Made by a program: the position numbers and the translations under genes. A stretch of 64,000 nt of DNA. Source: an uncultured delta proteobacterium (GTDB lineage: Bacteria; Desulfobacterota; Binatia; UBA9968). Shown in pieces: positions 1-9,637 of the stretch; position 1 is the stretch's first letter, and each line of letters starts with the position of its first letter. Where the stretch lies: contig CAVSHR010000012.1 of NCBI GenBank assembly GCA_963727625.1, positions 597,603-661,602 on the forward strand, read 5' to 3'. The notes beneath the pieces are model-generated. The model was not told the origin of the DNA, ran no database searches, and saw only the letters and a list, made by a program, of their open reading frames with translations.

Positions 1-10
1 CTGGTCCGGC

Positions 11-847
11 ATGAACACCGGCGGTTACACCCTGCTCGCCACCGCGGCGCCGGCGGATCGGCGCGGCGAGGCCTCCGGCTATTACGGCGGCGTTCAATCC
101 ACCGCGACGATCCTGTTCCCGGCCATCGCGCTGTGGATTATCGACGCGCCTTTCGGCGGCTTCAACGCGGTTTTTTTCGTCGCCATGAGCCTGGTGTTTC
201 TCGGCGCGATCGCGGCTTACATCCTGTCTCGGGAAACTCCGCCGCGGCCACGCCCAATCGAAGTCGAGTCCAACCAATCCTGGTGGCGCGAAATCATCAG
301 CATTTTTGACCGCCACATTCTGTTGGCGGCGACGCTGCTCTTTACCTTGCACCTTTCGCTGCCCTGTATTTCAAGTTTTGTCGTGCTTTACTCCCGCCAA
401 CTCGGCGTCAGCCATTTCGGCTGGTACTACGTCTCGATTGGCCTGACCAGCACCGTAGCGCGGCCGATCCTCGGCCGGCTCTCGGACAAAATCGGCTGCG
501 GCCGGTCGCTCATCGCTGCGTTCGGCTTGGAAACCGTCGCCTTGCTCGTCATGCCGCTGGTCACGACTCTTCCCGGAATAATCATCGCAGGGTCGCTTTG
601 GTATATCGGCTCGGCCATCGGCGGCGCGCGTATTCTCGCTCTGGCGATGGAACAAGCTCGCGCCGAACGGCGCGGCCGCGCCATGGCGAGTTTTTCCGTA
701 GCCTTCCCGTTGAGCAATGGCGCCGGCGCTTTGTTGAGCGGCTTGGTCGTCGACCTCGCTGGCTACCGCTGGATGTACATCATCGCGGCCATTCCATGCT
801 CCTTCGGTCTTGCGCTGACCTGGAAACAATGGTCGAAGCTTAAATAA
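11..847 (+). CDS. MFS transporter (5'-truncated by window edge)
   Basis: Many hydrophobic TM segments; GRLSDKIG motif A and A..RRG.A MFS loop motifs; frame is open to the window start. Confidence 0.9.
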   Translation: MNTGGYTLLATAAPADRRGEASGYYGGVQSTATILFPAIALWIIDAPFGGFNAVFFVAMSLVFLGAIAAYILSRETPPRPRPIEVESNQSWWREIISIFDRHILLAATLLFTLHLSLPCISSFVVLYSRQLGVSHFGWYYVSIGLTSTVARPILGRLSDKIGCGRSLIAAFGLETVALLVMPLVTTLPGIIIAGSLWYIGSAIGGARILALAMEQARAERRGRAMASFSVAFPLSNGAGALLSGLVVDLAGYRWMYIIAAIPCSFGLALTWKQWSKLK

Positions 848-854
848 TCGCCCC

Positions 855-883
855 TTGACGCGCCTGCGGTTACCCCTTATTGT
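855..883 (+). promoter_or_regulatory. sigma70-like promoter
   Basis: TTGACG-17nt-TATTGT, upstream of an AAGGAGG RBS at 931-937. Confidence 0.45.
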
Positions 884-944
884 CCCCGCGAGATGATTTG
901 AGACCAACTTAGACCGTTGGATCGGTAACCAAGGAGGCTATCGA

Positions 945-1264
945 ATGAGGTGCGCCGGGTGGTTTTGTCGATGGCGGAGTCGATTCACTACTTCAAGACC
1001 CATAAGGACGTTTCGATCAAAGTCATGCAAAAATATACCCGCGGTCTGCCGCGCGATATCCTCGAAGGCGCCTACGCGGCGAATTCCGAGCTGCTAGTTG
1101 AAAACACCTATCCGACGCTTGAAGGCTTGAAGACGACCCTCGACGTTCAGGCGTTGACCGATCCGCGCGCGAAGAAGCTCAAGCCCGAAGATTTTGTCGA
1201 GTTGCGATTCGTCGACGAGATGAGAAAGTCGGGTTTTGTCGACAAACTTTACGGCCGTAAGTAA
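945..1264 (+). pseudogene. Internally deleted ABC substrate-binding protein (NMT1/THI5/SsuA-like); only the C-terminal third remains
   Basis: RBS+ATG at 945 is out of frame with ORF 950-1264, which resembles the C-terminus of the intact binding protein at 44996-45946 (VRR...K...D F...SGF). Confidence 0.65.
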
Positions 1265-1337
1265 TATTACCCAATCCTTCTCACCCGTCACGCACCGGAT
1301 CAGGGGTGAGTCGTAAGGAGTTCGTGGATTTTCGCCG

Positions 1338-2183
1338 ATGATCACGCCACGCGCAGAAGTCGCCGACGTTGCCGCCGTCGCGGCGCATTACGATGATCTC
1401 GATGAGCTCTACCGCAGCCTCTGGGGAACCAGTCTGCATCACGGCTACTGGATCACCGGAAAGGAATCCCCGGGCGAGGCAGTCAGCAACCTGACTCGGC
1501 TGGTCGCGGAGCGAGCTGCGATTCGTCCGGGCGACCGGATCTGCGACCTCGGCTGCGGCTACGGCGCGGTAGCGCTCGCCTTAAAGCGGGATTTCGGCGC
1601 GGATGTCACCGGTCTCACGGTTTCGGCAAAACAATTCGCGTGCGCACAAGCGCTGGCGGCAGGCAGCGAGCGGATTGAATTTTTCCTGCGCGACGCGCTC
1701 AATAACGGCTTATCCGGCGGCACCTACGACGCCGTCACCGCCATCGAGAGCTCGGAGCATGTCGGAGACAAACCCAAGTTTTTCGCCGAAGCCGCGCGGC
1801 TCCTGCGGCCGGGAGGGCGCTGCGTCGTGGCCGCTTGGCTCTCCCGCGAGCAACCGGGTGCTTGGGAGAAAAAATATCTGCTTGAGCCGATTTGCGTCGA
1901 AGGCCGGCTGGCGAGCATGGCATCGGCGGCGGAATGCCGCAGCATGCTCGCCAACGCCGGTTTCCACGAGATAAATTATTTGGATTTGACGCGCCAGGTG
2001 AGAAAAACCTGGACCGTCTGCGCCCAGCGCGTCGCCGGCCAGTTTATGACCGATGCGACATTCCGCCGTCAACTGGCCAATCGACAATTCTCCAACCGCG
2101 TCTTCGCCAAAACCGTGTTCCGCATCTGGCTCGCCTATCAGACCGGCAGCATGCGTTACGGTCTTTTCTCGGCCGCAAAATAG
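1338..2183 (+). CDS. Class I SAM-dependent methyltransferase (tocopherol/sterol C-methyltransferase-like)
   Basis: HYD...LHHGYW, DLGCGYG SAM motif, ESSEH, LRPGG. Confidence 0.85.
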   Translation: MITPRAEVADVAAVAAHYDDLDELYRSLWGTSLHHGYWITGKESPGEAVSNLTRLVAERAAIRPGDRICDLGCGYGAVALALKRDFGADVTGLTVSAKQFACAQALAAGSERIEFFLRDALNNGLSGGTYDAVTAIESSEHVGDKPKFFAEAARLLRPGGRCVVAAWLSREQPGAWEKKYLLEPICVEGRLASMASAAECRSMLANAGFHEINYLDLTRQVRKTWTVCAQRVAGQFMTDATFRRQLANRQFSNRVFAKTVFRIWLAYQTGSMRYGLFSAAK

Positions 2184-2341
2184 CCGGCGACGAGCTCGGC
2201 CCCGATTATTCAATGAAAGAATTGCCGACACGCTGGCAAACCCGCTCGGGTTAACGAACTGAAGTCTCAAATGTTGCGATATTGTTTCTCCTGAAGTAGT
2301 TATGCAGATCAAATAGACAACTTCGTAGCTATGGTTGACCT

Positions 2342-3343
2342 ATGAAATTCGGCATTTTCATCTTTGGCGACAATCATCCCGAGCTCGGCCGGTCCAATCA
2401 AACATTTTTTGAGGAAATCTTGACTCTCGGCGAGTGGGCCGAAGAGCTGGGCTTCGACTCCTTCTGGCTCGGCGAGCACCATCTCTACTGGTACGGCACC
2501 TGCGTCTCGCCGCCGATGATCATCGCGGCCTTGGGCCAGCGCACAAAAAGAATCCGCTTGGGGCCGGCGGTCGCCGTGCCATCCTTTCATAATCCGCTGA
2601 TTGTCGCCGAAGAATACGCCTTGGCCGACAATCTCTGTAACGGCAGGTTGGAATTCGCCCTCGGCAGCGGCTTCTCGCCGGTGGAGTTCCAGCAATTCGG
2701 CATGACCATGGAAGAAGCCAGGGAACGTTTCTGGGAAGGCACCGACGTCATCATTAAGGCGTGGACTCAAGAAGAGTTCTCGCACCGGGGCAAATACTAC
2801 GACTTCAAAAATATTTCGCTGTATGTCAAGCCGCTGCAAAAACCATTGCCTCCGACTTGGCTTGCCGCGTCAAGCGATGAAACCCTCGTCAAGGCCGGTG
2901 AGCTCGGCTGGCCAATGATGGGCATACCCTTTGCGCGCTCGAGTGATCTCGCCGACGTCAAGGCAAAAAATGATCTTTATCTAAACTCGTACCGCAGGGC
3001 TGGTCACAAGGCGCCGCCGGAGATCATGGTCGCCCTGCATATATTTCTCGATGAAAATGAACAAGCCGCCGTGAACCGCGCCCGTCCTTACTTTGAGCGC
3101 GCCATCGCCTTCCATAAGACGCACCGCCGTCCCGGCTCCAAAATTCCCCAGTTGGACAACCTCAAGGCGGAGCGCCTCGGGCTCTTCACCGATCCCGAAA
3201 CTGCCGTTGCAATTTTGCGCGAGTACGAAAGGATCGGCGTCACCCACGTTATCGGCCTGGTCAATTTCGGCGGGGTGCCGATGCCGGAGACACGACGCAC
3301 CTTGGAGCGGATGTCGAAAGAAGTGATGCCGAAATTTCGCTAA
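2342..3343 (+). CDS. LLM class flavin-dependent oxidoreductase
   Basis: MKFGIF, AEELGFDSFWLGEHH, RTKRIRLG, GRLEFALGSG, KPLQKPLPP. Confidence 0.92.
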   Translation: MKFGIFIFGDNHPELGRSNQTFFEEILTLGEWAEELGFDSFWLGEHHLYWYGTCVSPPMIIAALGQRTKRIRLGPAVAVPSFHNPLIVAEEYALADNLCNGRLEFALGSGFSPVEFQQFGMTMEEARERFWEGTDVIIKAWTQEEFSHRGKYYDFKNISLYVKPLQKPLPPTWLAASSDETLVKAGELGWPMMGIPFARSSDLADVKAKNDLYLNSYRRAGHKAPPEIMVALHIFLDENEQAAVNRARPYFERAIAFHKTHRRPGSKIPQLDNLKAERLGLFTDPETAVAILREYERIGVTHVIGLVNFGGVPMPETRRTLERMSKEVMPKFR

Positions 3344-3409
3344 GTTCGACGGTCTCACCATTCCGCTCAACCTTTCATTCGCAATCATCTTTGGGTTATA
3401 AGAAAACTT

Positions 3410-4873
3410 ATGACCGAAGTTCGTTTTGTCGACACCACACTGCGCGACGGCCAACAGAGTCTCTGGGCTTACAACATGAGAACCGGCATGATGCTCCCCG
3501 TCGCCGAACTGATGGACCAGGCCGGCTTTGAAGCGATCGAGCTCGGCGGCCCGGTGGAGCTCCCGAAGTGCATCAAAGAGCTGCGTGAAGATCCCTGGGA
3601 GCGCTACCGGCTGGTCATTCCTAAATTCAAAAAGACCCCGCTACGGCTCATTCACGGCACGCGCAGCGGCTTTGCGATTTTTCCCGACGCCCTGCATCAG
3701 CTCTACGACACCTGCATGGCGAACGCCGGGGTGACGGAGGTGCGGATTTCGGACTCGTGGAATGATCCTAGCGATTGGGCGTGGCGCGTCCAACAAGCGA
3801 AAAACGCCGGCCTGAAACCGATTATCAATCTGATCTACACCGTCTCGCCGCGTCATACCGATTCATATTTTGCGCAAAAGATTCGCGACGCGAACGCCCT
3901 CGATGTCTACCGCATCATTCTTAAAGACCCCGGCGGCATCTTGACGCCCGAACGAACGAAGACGCTTGCGCCGGCAGTTCTCAAAGCCGCGGGCAACACC
4001 ACCGTCGAGTTGCATACCCACTGCACGACCGGACTCGGGACGCTCTGCTGCCTGGAGGCGATCAAGGCTGGAATAACGAATATCAACACCGCAATTCCGC
4101 CGTTGGCCGACGGCTCATCGAATCCGTCGCTATTCAACGTCGCCATGAACGCGCGCGCGCTGGGCTTCAAGACATTGATCGACGAAGCGCCGCTGCGCCG
4201 GGTCGCGAGTCATTTTACCGACTGCGCCAAGCAGGACGGTTTGCCGATCGGCAGAACTCCGGAGTACGACTACGCCCAATATGTGCATCAAATTCCCGGC
4301 GGCATGATTTCGAATCTGCGCTATCAACTGCGCCGCGTCGGCATGGAACACAAGATGGATCAGACTCTCGAAGAAGCCGCGCAAGTGAGGGCGGACTTCG
4401 GCTACCCGATTATGGTGACGCCACTGTCCCAGTTCGTCGGCAGCCAGGCGGCGATCAACGTAATCGTCGGCGAGCGCTATAAGCAAGTCACCGATCAGAC
4501 CATTGAATACGCCATGGGTATCTGGGGCAAGGAAGGCGCCGTGCTCATGGACCCCAAAGTAAAAGAAAAGATTCTCAACCGCCGGCGCGCCAAGGAAATC
4601 GCCGAGCGGCCCCATCCGACCGATTCGCTGCAAGAGCTGCGCCGCAAATACGGCGGCGCTGGAGTTAGCGACGAAGACGTGTTGCTGCGCTTTTTTTCCA
4701 GCAAGGAAGACGTCGAACGCATGCGCGCGGCCGGCCCGCCGCGCGCTTACACGACCAACGGCAATCCGCTGCTCAATCTGGTCGAGGAGCTCAGCAAACA
4801 AAATGAACGCAGCAGCGTATATATTCGGCGGCCGAATTTCTCTCTGCGATTGGAAAGACGCCGCACCGTTTGA
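3410..4873 (+). CDS. Pyruvate carboxylase subunit B / oxaloacetate decarboxylase alpha-like carboxyltransferase without biotinyl domain
   Basis: DTTLRDGQQSL, LKDPGG, LHTHCTTG, HQIPGGMISN, GYPIMVTPLSQFVG. Confidence 0.88.
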   Translation: MTEVRFVDTTLRDGQQSLWAYNMRTGMMLPVAELMDQAGFEAIELGGPVELPKCIKELREDPWERYRLVIPKFKKTPLRLIHGTRSGFAIFPDALHQLYDTCMANAGVTEVRISDSWNDPSDWAWRVQQAKNAGLKPIINLIYTVSPRHTDSYFAQKIRDANALDVYRIILKDPGGILTPERTKTLAPAVLKAAGNTTVELHTHCTTGLGTLCCLEAIKAGITNINTAIPPLADGSSNPSLFNVAMNARALGFKTLIDEAPLRRVASHFTDCAKQDGLPIGRTPEYDYAQYVHQIPGGMISNLRYQLRRVGMEHKMDQTLEEAAQVRADFGYPIMVTPLSQFVGSQAAINVIVGERYKQVTDQTIEYAMGIWGKEGAVLMDPKVKEKILNRRRAKEIAERPHPTDSLQELRRKYGGAGVSDEDVLLRFFSSKEDVERMRAAGPPRAYTTNGNPLLNLVEELSKQNERSSVYIRRPNFSLRLERRRTV

Positions 4874-4902
4874 ATGATCGCGGCGTTTTTTGGGAGGACA
4901 TC

Positions 4903-5430
4903 ATGGCACGCGTGCCCTTGATCGAAGAAGCCGACCACCCGGAGCTTGCCGATTCTATCGCCAAAATTAAGGGCGCACGCGGCGGCCGGCTCATCAATAT
5001 CTATCGTTTGATGCTGCACAGCCCGGCCCTGGCCAACGCCTGGTTCGATTTGAACCAGGCTGTGCGCTACGGCACCGAGATCGACGGCCAGAGCCGCGAG
5101 CTGGCGGTGATCCGCGTGGCGATCTTAAACAACGTCGAATATGTCCAGCGCGCCCACGGCCCCGCCTACGCGCTCAAAGAAGGCTTGACGCCCGAGCAAG
5201 TGACGGCGCTGGCAAACTGGCGCGACTCGAAGCTTTTCAGCGACCAGCAGCGCGCCCTGCTCGCTTACACCGACGCGATGACTCGGACCATCGAAGTGTC
5301 CGGTGACGTTTTCGACGAACTGCGCAAGCATTTCAGCGAACGCCAAACCGTCGAGCTCACCATGCTCATCGGTGCCTACAACATGCTGACCAGATTTTTG
5401 CAGGCCCTCGAGGTCGATCCGGAACCCTAG
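4903..5430 (+). CDS. Carboxymuconolactone decarboxylase/AhpD family protein
   Basis: MARVP start after GGAGG; RELAVIRVA, YVQRAH, FSE.Q.VEL...IGAYN. Confidence 0.85.
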   Translation: MARVPLIEEADHPELADSIAKIKGARGGRLINIYRLMLHSPALANAWFDLNQAVRYGTEIDGQSRELAVIRVAILNNVEYVQRAHGPAYALKEGLTPEQVTALANWRDSKLFSDQQRALLAYTDAMTRTIEVSGDVFDELRKHFSERQTVELTMLIGAYNMLTRFLQALEVDPEP

Positions 5431-5437
5431 CGGATTA

Positions 5438-5504
5438 GTTTAAAGTTCAAAGGTTCAAGAATTCAATTCCGACCTTGAACGTTTGAACGCTTGAACCTTG
5501 AACG
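5438..5504. repeat. Intergenic GTTCAA/TTGAAC short-unit array forming an imperfect inverted repeat
   Basis: gttcaa units followed by ttgaac units; same family recurs at 27.3, 33.3, 34.3, 49.6, 52.3, 53.7, 57.9 and 59.2 kb. Confidence 0.7.
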
Positions 5505-5514
5505 AAAGCTTTCT

Positions 5515-6606
5515 ATGACACCAACGCCCAGGATCAAATTCGTCGTCGAAAACGACAGTTTTCTCCGGCTGATCCAAGTCGTCCTCGATCCGGCTGCGCC
5601 GAAAGAACGCATCGACGCTTTCGCTCATTTCTGCAAGCACGACACGCCGGATTTTGTCGGCTGGTGCGATAAAATCCGCGCCCGAGCGCGGAATATCTAT
5701 CCGACCAACGTATGTCTTGTCGATAGCCAAAGCGAGCTTAAGGCAAACCTTTCGGGGGCAACCGTCGCAGTGGTCGAGGAACTGCAGATCGGCAATGAAG
5801 AATTCGTCGCGGCCGGAACCCAGCTTAAGTTCGTGCAAAAATACGGTTTCACCACGCGTAACATCGACGCCGACGCCTGCGCGAACGCCCGCGTAAAAGT
5901 GCTGACGATCCGCCGCCGCGCCAACATCTCCACGGCGGAGCAGGCTTTAATGCTTATGCTCGCGCTGGCGCGCCAGGTGGCGCGCAACGCCAACCTGATC
6001 AGCGTCAAACAGTTAAAAGATGCCGGCTACGAACCGACGACTTACGACCGTTCACATACGCCCAACGGCAACTGGGCGCGCATTCCGGGGATGATTACGC
6101 TGTATCAAAGGCAACTCGGTGTTATCGGTTTAGGTGAGATCGGCCGGGAACTGGCGCTCCGCGCTCTTGCGCTCGGCATGCGCATCGCTTACACCCAACG
6201 CACGCGCTTGCCGGTTGAGGTCGAACGACAATATCGTGCGAACTATTGTTCGCTGGAAGAGCTGCTCGCCGGTTCGGATGTCGTGAGCGTCCATCTGCCG
6301 CGCAGTCCCGCAACCGCGGGCTTCATCGGCCGCCAGGAATTGTCGGTCATCAAGCCTGGAGCCTTTTTGATCAACGTCTCCCAACCCAATCAGGTCGAGC
6401 GCGATGCCTTGCGGCACGCGCTCGCGTCAGGCCGGCTGGGCGGATTTGGGCTCGACACCTTCTATGATGAACCGGGCGATGCCAACGACCCGTTGATCAA
6501 GTTTCCCAACGTGATCGTCACACCCCATCTCGGCGGTTCGCCGCGCTGGAACTCCCTCGACGACATCGAAGAAGTTATCGTCAATCTTTCGCGCCATCTC
6601 GCTTGA
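5515..6606 (+). CDS. D-isomer-specific 2-hydroxyacid dehydrogenase family protein
   Basis: GVIGLGEIG NAD motif, SDVVSVHLP, GLDTFYDEP, TPHLGG. Confidence 0.88.
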   Translation: MTPTPRIKFVVENDSFLRLIQVVLDPAAPKERIDAFAHFCKHDTPDFVGWCDKIRARARNIYPTNVCLVDSQSELKANLSGATVAVVEELQIGNEEFVAAGTQLKFVQKYGFTTRNIDADACANARVKVLTIRRRANISTAEQALMLMLALARQVARNANLISVKQLKDAGYEPTTYDRSHTPNGNWARIPGMITLYQRQLGVIGLGEIGRELALRALALGMRIAYTQRTRLPVEVERQYRANYCSLEELLAGSDVVSVHLPRSPATAGFIGRQELSVIKPGAFLINVSQPNQVERDALRHALASGRLGGFGLDTFYDEPGDANDPLIKFPNVIVTPHLGGSPRWNSLDDIEEVIVNLSRHLA

Positions 6607-6644
6607 TCATTTCCTTCGACTACAAAATACGATTGACAGTCTAA

Positions 6645-7045
6645 TTGCGCCGGCGCTCTAGTCCGCGCGTTCCAGACGCCATCTGGCTTGGCGCCGTTGT
6701 CTCTGTCCGCAAACAGGATCGCTACGTGGCGAAGCGGGTCACTTGGGAGATGCCCACTGGAGGGGTTCATTCCGGGGAAAGCGTCGAGGATGCCGCGCAG
6801 CGAGAATTAGGAGAAGAGGTTGGTTACCAAGCAGGTCGCCTCAAATGGGTCTCAACCTATCACGCCAGCAAAAGCGTTATGGATGAAACCGCGCACCTCT
6901 TTTGGAGAAGACCTGGCGGAGCTTAGGCTCGATTCTGACGAACCCGAGTTCATCGAGGCGCAACCAGTTCCTTCAAAAAAGTTGTTCAAATGGTTCTTGC
7001 GAGCGAGATTCTGGACAGCATGACAGTTATAGCCATTCCTCATGC
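6645..7045 (+). pseudogene. NUDIX hydrolase remnant (ADP-ribose pyrophosphatase-like)
   Basis: WEMPTGGVHSGESVEDAAQRELGEEVGY Nudix box; no proper N-terminus; C-terminal part (EDLAE...DEPEFIE) continues in a shifted frame. Confidence 0.75.
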
Positions 7046-7076
7046 TGCCCGCATGAAAGGAATTTAGCGCCGTAAC

Positions 7077-7607
7077 TCAATGACGGTCGAATGGAGCCTG
7101 CGGCTCGTAGTCGTAGCGCACCAGCCACCAGTGTCCGCTGCGGCGCGCGAACATCCAGAAGTCGCGGTAGTAATGGTCGCCTCCCCACCCATGAAACTTC
7201 TGATTGATCTCCACGACCGCCGAATTATTGACAATGTAGATCCGATGGATCCGATCCTCAAAACGGATCTGTCCAATTTTACGATCGCGAAAGGCACCAA
7301 GGGCCTCGGCGCGGATGCCGGCATAATCGATCATGACTTTCGGCTTGTCCCAAGCCCGCTGTAGCGCGTCGGCAGCATAGGCCGACATGACCACGTTGAT
7401 ATCCCTCCGTTCCCAGCCCTGCCCAACAGTCATGATCAGGCGCACGATTTCTGCTTCGTCTTGGTTGCGCGAGCTGTATTGGGCGATCGGCACTCCGGCC
7501 CCATGATCAGCCCAGCTCGTTTTTGCAGCAAAGACCAGAATGAAAAACAATAAGTTGGTGGCCACCACCATTTTAAACATCTCAAACGCGAAGAGTTTCT
7601 TCATCAT
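7077..7607 (-). CDS. Exported NTF2/SnoaL-like (DUF4440) protein
   Basis: Signal-peptide-like N-terminus; EAEI...GWERRDINVVMSAYAADA; terminal beta strands ending in WWLV. Confidence 0.7.
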   Translation of the reverse strand: MMKKLFAFEMFKMVVATNLLFFILVFAAKTSWADHGAGVPIAQYSSRNQDEAEIVRLIMTVGQGWERRDINVVMSAYAADALQRAWDKPKVMIDYAGIRAEALGAFRDRKIGQIRFEDRIHRIYIVNNSAVVEINQKFHGWGGDHYYRDFWMFARRSGHWWLVRYDYEPQAPFDRH

Positions 7608-8341
7608 TTGTCCCTTTCTCTTATATCTTCTATCCCTTTGGTGCTGCAGGGCTGGATCGATGAAACCGGCGGCAACTCATGAGGTGGCAAGAAGATCGCG
7701 AGGTAACTTTCGGCTGGATCAAGCGGCATGAATTCGATCTGCCGGTAACCCACGGCCTCGAGCTCACAACGCAAAAGGGCGGGCGGGGTTCCATGATGCT
7801 GGGTCGGCCGATCGACGTCGACGATGGCAACCCGCCCAGCGGTCACAAGGGCGGGTTTCAGCCGGTAGAAGAATTCATAAGGATTTTCGATCTCGTGGTA
7901 GACGTGCGATAGGAGGGCGACATCAACGGAACCGGGCATCAACTTGGGATCATTGGGCTGTCCGAGCACCAATTTGACGCCAACCATCTCTTCCTGCTCA
8001 AGCCGCGCGGCGAGCCGTTTGAGGTAATCCGGTCTGACATCCTGCGCATATATAGTGGCTGAAGGACCCAGACGCCGCGCGAGCCGAACCGTATAATAAC
8101 CTGCGCCCGCACCGATGTCGGCGATCCTTGGGCCCGGTGCGAGGCCGAGATGGTCCATGACCCGCTCGGCCTCTCCGGTTTTGTCTCGTGTCTTCTCATC
8201 CGAATATGCCGGCGCAACAATCGCCGCCACCGGCCGATCGGGTCTCGGAAAGACCAGCCGAACCTGCAGCAGCGCATCGCCGGCCCATAACAGACCGATA
8301 GCCCCCAACGTCGGGATGAGATAGCGATGGACGCACAGCAT
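7604..8341 (-). CDS. Class I SAM-dependent methyltransferase with N-terminal signal/anchor
   Basis: IADIGAGAGYYT, SVDVALLSHVYHEI. Confidence 0.85.
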   Translation of the reverse strand: MLCVHRYLIPTLGAIGLLWAGDALLQVRLVFPRPDRPVAAIVAPAYSDEKTRDKTGEAERVMDHLGLAPGPRIADIGAGAGYYTVRLARRLGPSATIYAQDVRPDYLKRLAARLEQEEMVGVKLVLGQPNDPKLMPGSVDVALLSHVYHEIENPYEFFYRLKPALVTAGRVAIVDVDRPTQHHGTPPALLRCELEAVGYRQIEFMPLDPAESYLAIFLPPHELPPVSSIQPCSTKGIEDIRERDK

Positions 8342-8712
8342 GCTCGCTGGAAATCCTCTCTCCTAAAAAGTTCAGGTGATCCAAGTAAACTCTAAATCAC
8401 CTTTGATCTGTGCAATAGGCAAACGAAAACATCGCGCACCTACCCGACGTCGCTGTCTTCGAAAATCTATTACAAGCACCCGCGGATCAATAGCGCCTGG
8501 CTTGTGACGCGCGACTTGCTGCCTAATTCGTTTCCGGCCCATCAATCCTCCCTGCTCTAACGTCAATTAGATTCGACCTTGATCATAACTATCAATTAAC
8601 TGTTTTGGAGAGCAAAAAGTTTCCGAAATGGGCGCGGGGTCAGCATTTGTTGAAACTTTTGCATGGATAGGGTGTTTTCTATTTACGGTATCTCGGAAAG
8701 GGTCGAATCTTT

Positions 8713-9435
8713 ATGAAAGGCGCCCACCACTTATCAGAATCTCTCCTTCCCGACGCTCCAGTGCTACCTCGTTTTTTGTGTCCTAGTTCCATGGCCCAAA
8801 CTGATCGGCGCATTTCTGGATTTTTTTGTGACCTTGCTTTATAGCGCCATCAATAGCGAATTGGGAAGACCGCCCACCCTAGGGGAGAGCCCTTTGAATG
8901 TCTCCGGTCTCCATGCAGGCATCTTTCTAGTATCGCTGATTTTTGTGATTGACTGGGAGCTTGAGCGGTTCAATCTCAAAGGCGCCGGAGCGCCGTTATT
9001 TATTCTACTCACAGGCAGCCTAGGCGCTCTGAGCGCGATGTCATACAGAAGGATTGCGTATCTCTGGCGAGTGCCCGAAGGAAACATGATCGGAATGCAG
9101 TGCCTGGCCATGGCTGCTGTCTTGATTTTTCCGATGCTATGGCTGCCCCGACGCTTAATTGGCGACCGCCGCAGCGGCTGGCTCTGGATCATCGGTCTTT
9201 CCTTCTCAGCCACGGCGATGTTTGCCTACACCATCATCCATGGAAATTGATCTATTCCGCCGATTTCGATCTGATCCAGCTCTACAATATCGTGGAAGAT
9301 CCCCAGGAGAGAAGAAATCTTTGGCAAGAAAATCGCCAACTTGCGGCTGAGATGGAAAGAGAGCTGATGGGCTATCTAAAAAAAGCGGCGGGAAAATCCT
9401 ACCGGCCACTGCTTTCGGACGCTCCTGCCCGATAG
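8713..9435 (+). pseudogene. Degraded membrane-anchored sulfatase/LTA-synthase-like gene
   Basis: Hydrophobic ORF 8828-9250 joins by frameshift to a sulfatase-type C-terminus (WKLIYS...QLYNIVEDPQERRNL); catalytic core absent. Confidence 0.55.
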
Positions 9436-9637
9436 CACGACCGGTCTTCGCATCGCTTTCAGGCCTTTTGCGGGGGGTCGAAGGCATTATGTTCCGGATG
9501 TTCCGGATAGATCAAAGTAGAGACGAAAGCGCTTGAGCAAGGAACTTTAGCGGGGGGTGGAACGTTATTAGAAAAAATCGGTATCGAGAGAACGGCTAAC
9601 CTCTTACGGATAAGCCGTAATCGCAGAAAAGTATCAG

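Noticed and set aside
2233-2300. GGCAAACC resembling a c-di-GMP-I riboswitch
   Set aside because: The GNRA/GACGCAAA second half of the motif is missing.
9489-9508. 9-bp tandem duplication ATGTTCCGG upstream of the selenoprotein operon
   Set aside because: Could be an insertion footprint or operator, but two copies alone are not distinguishable from chance.
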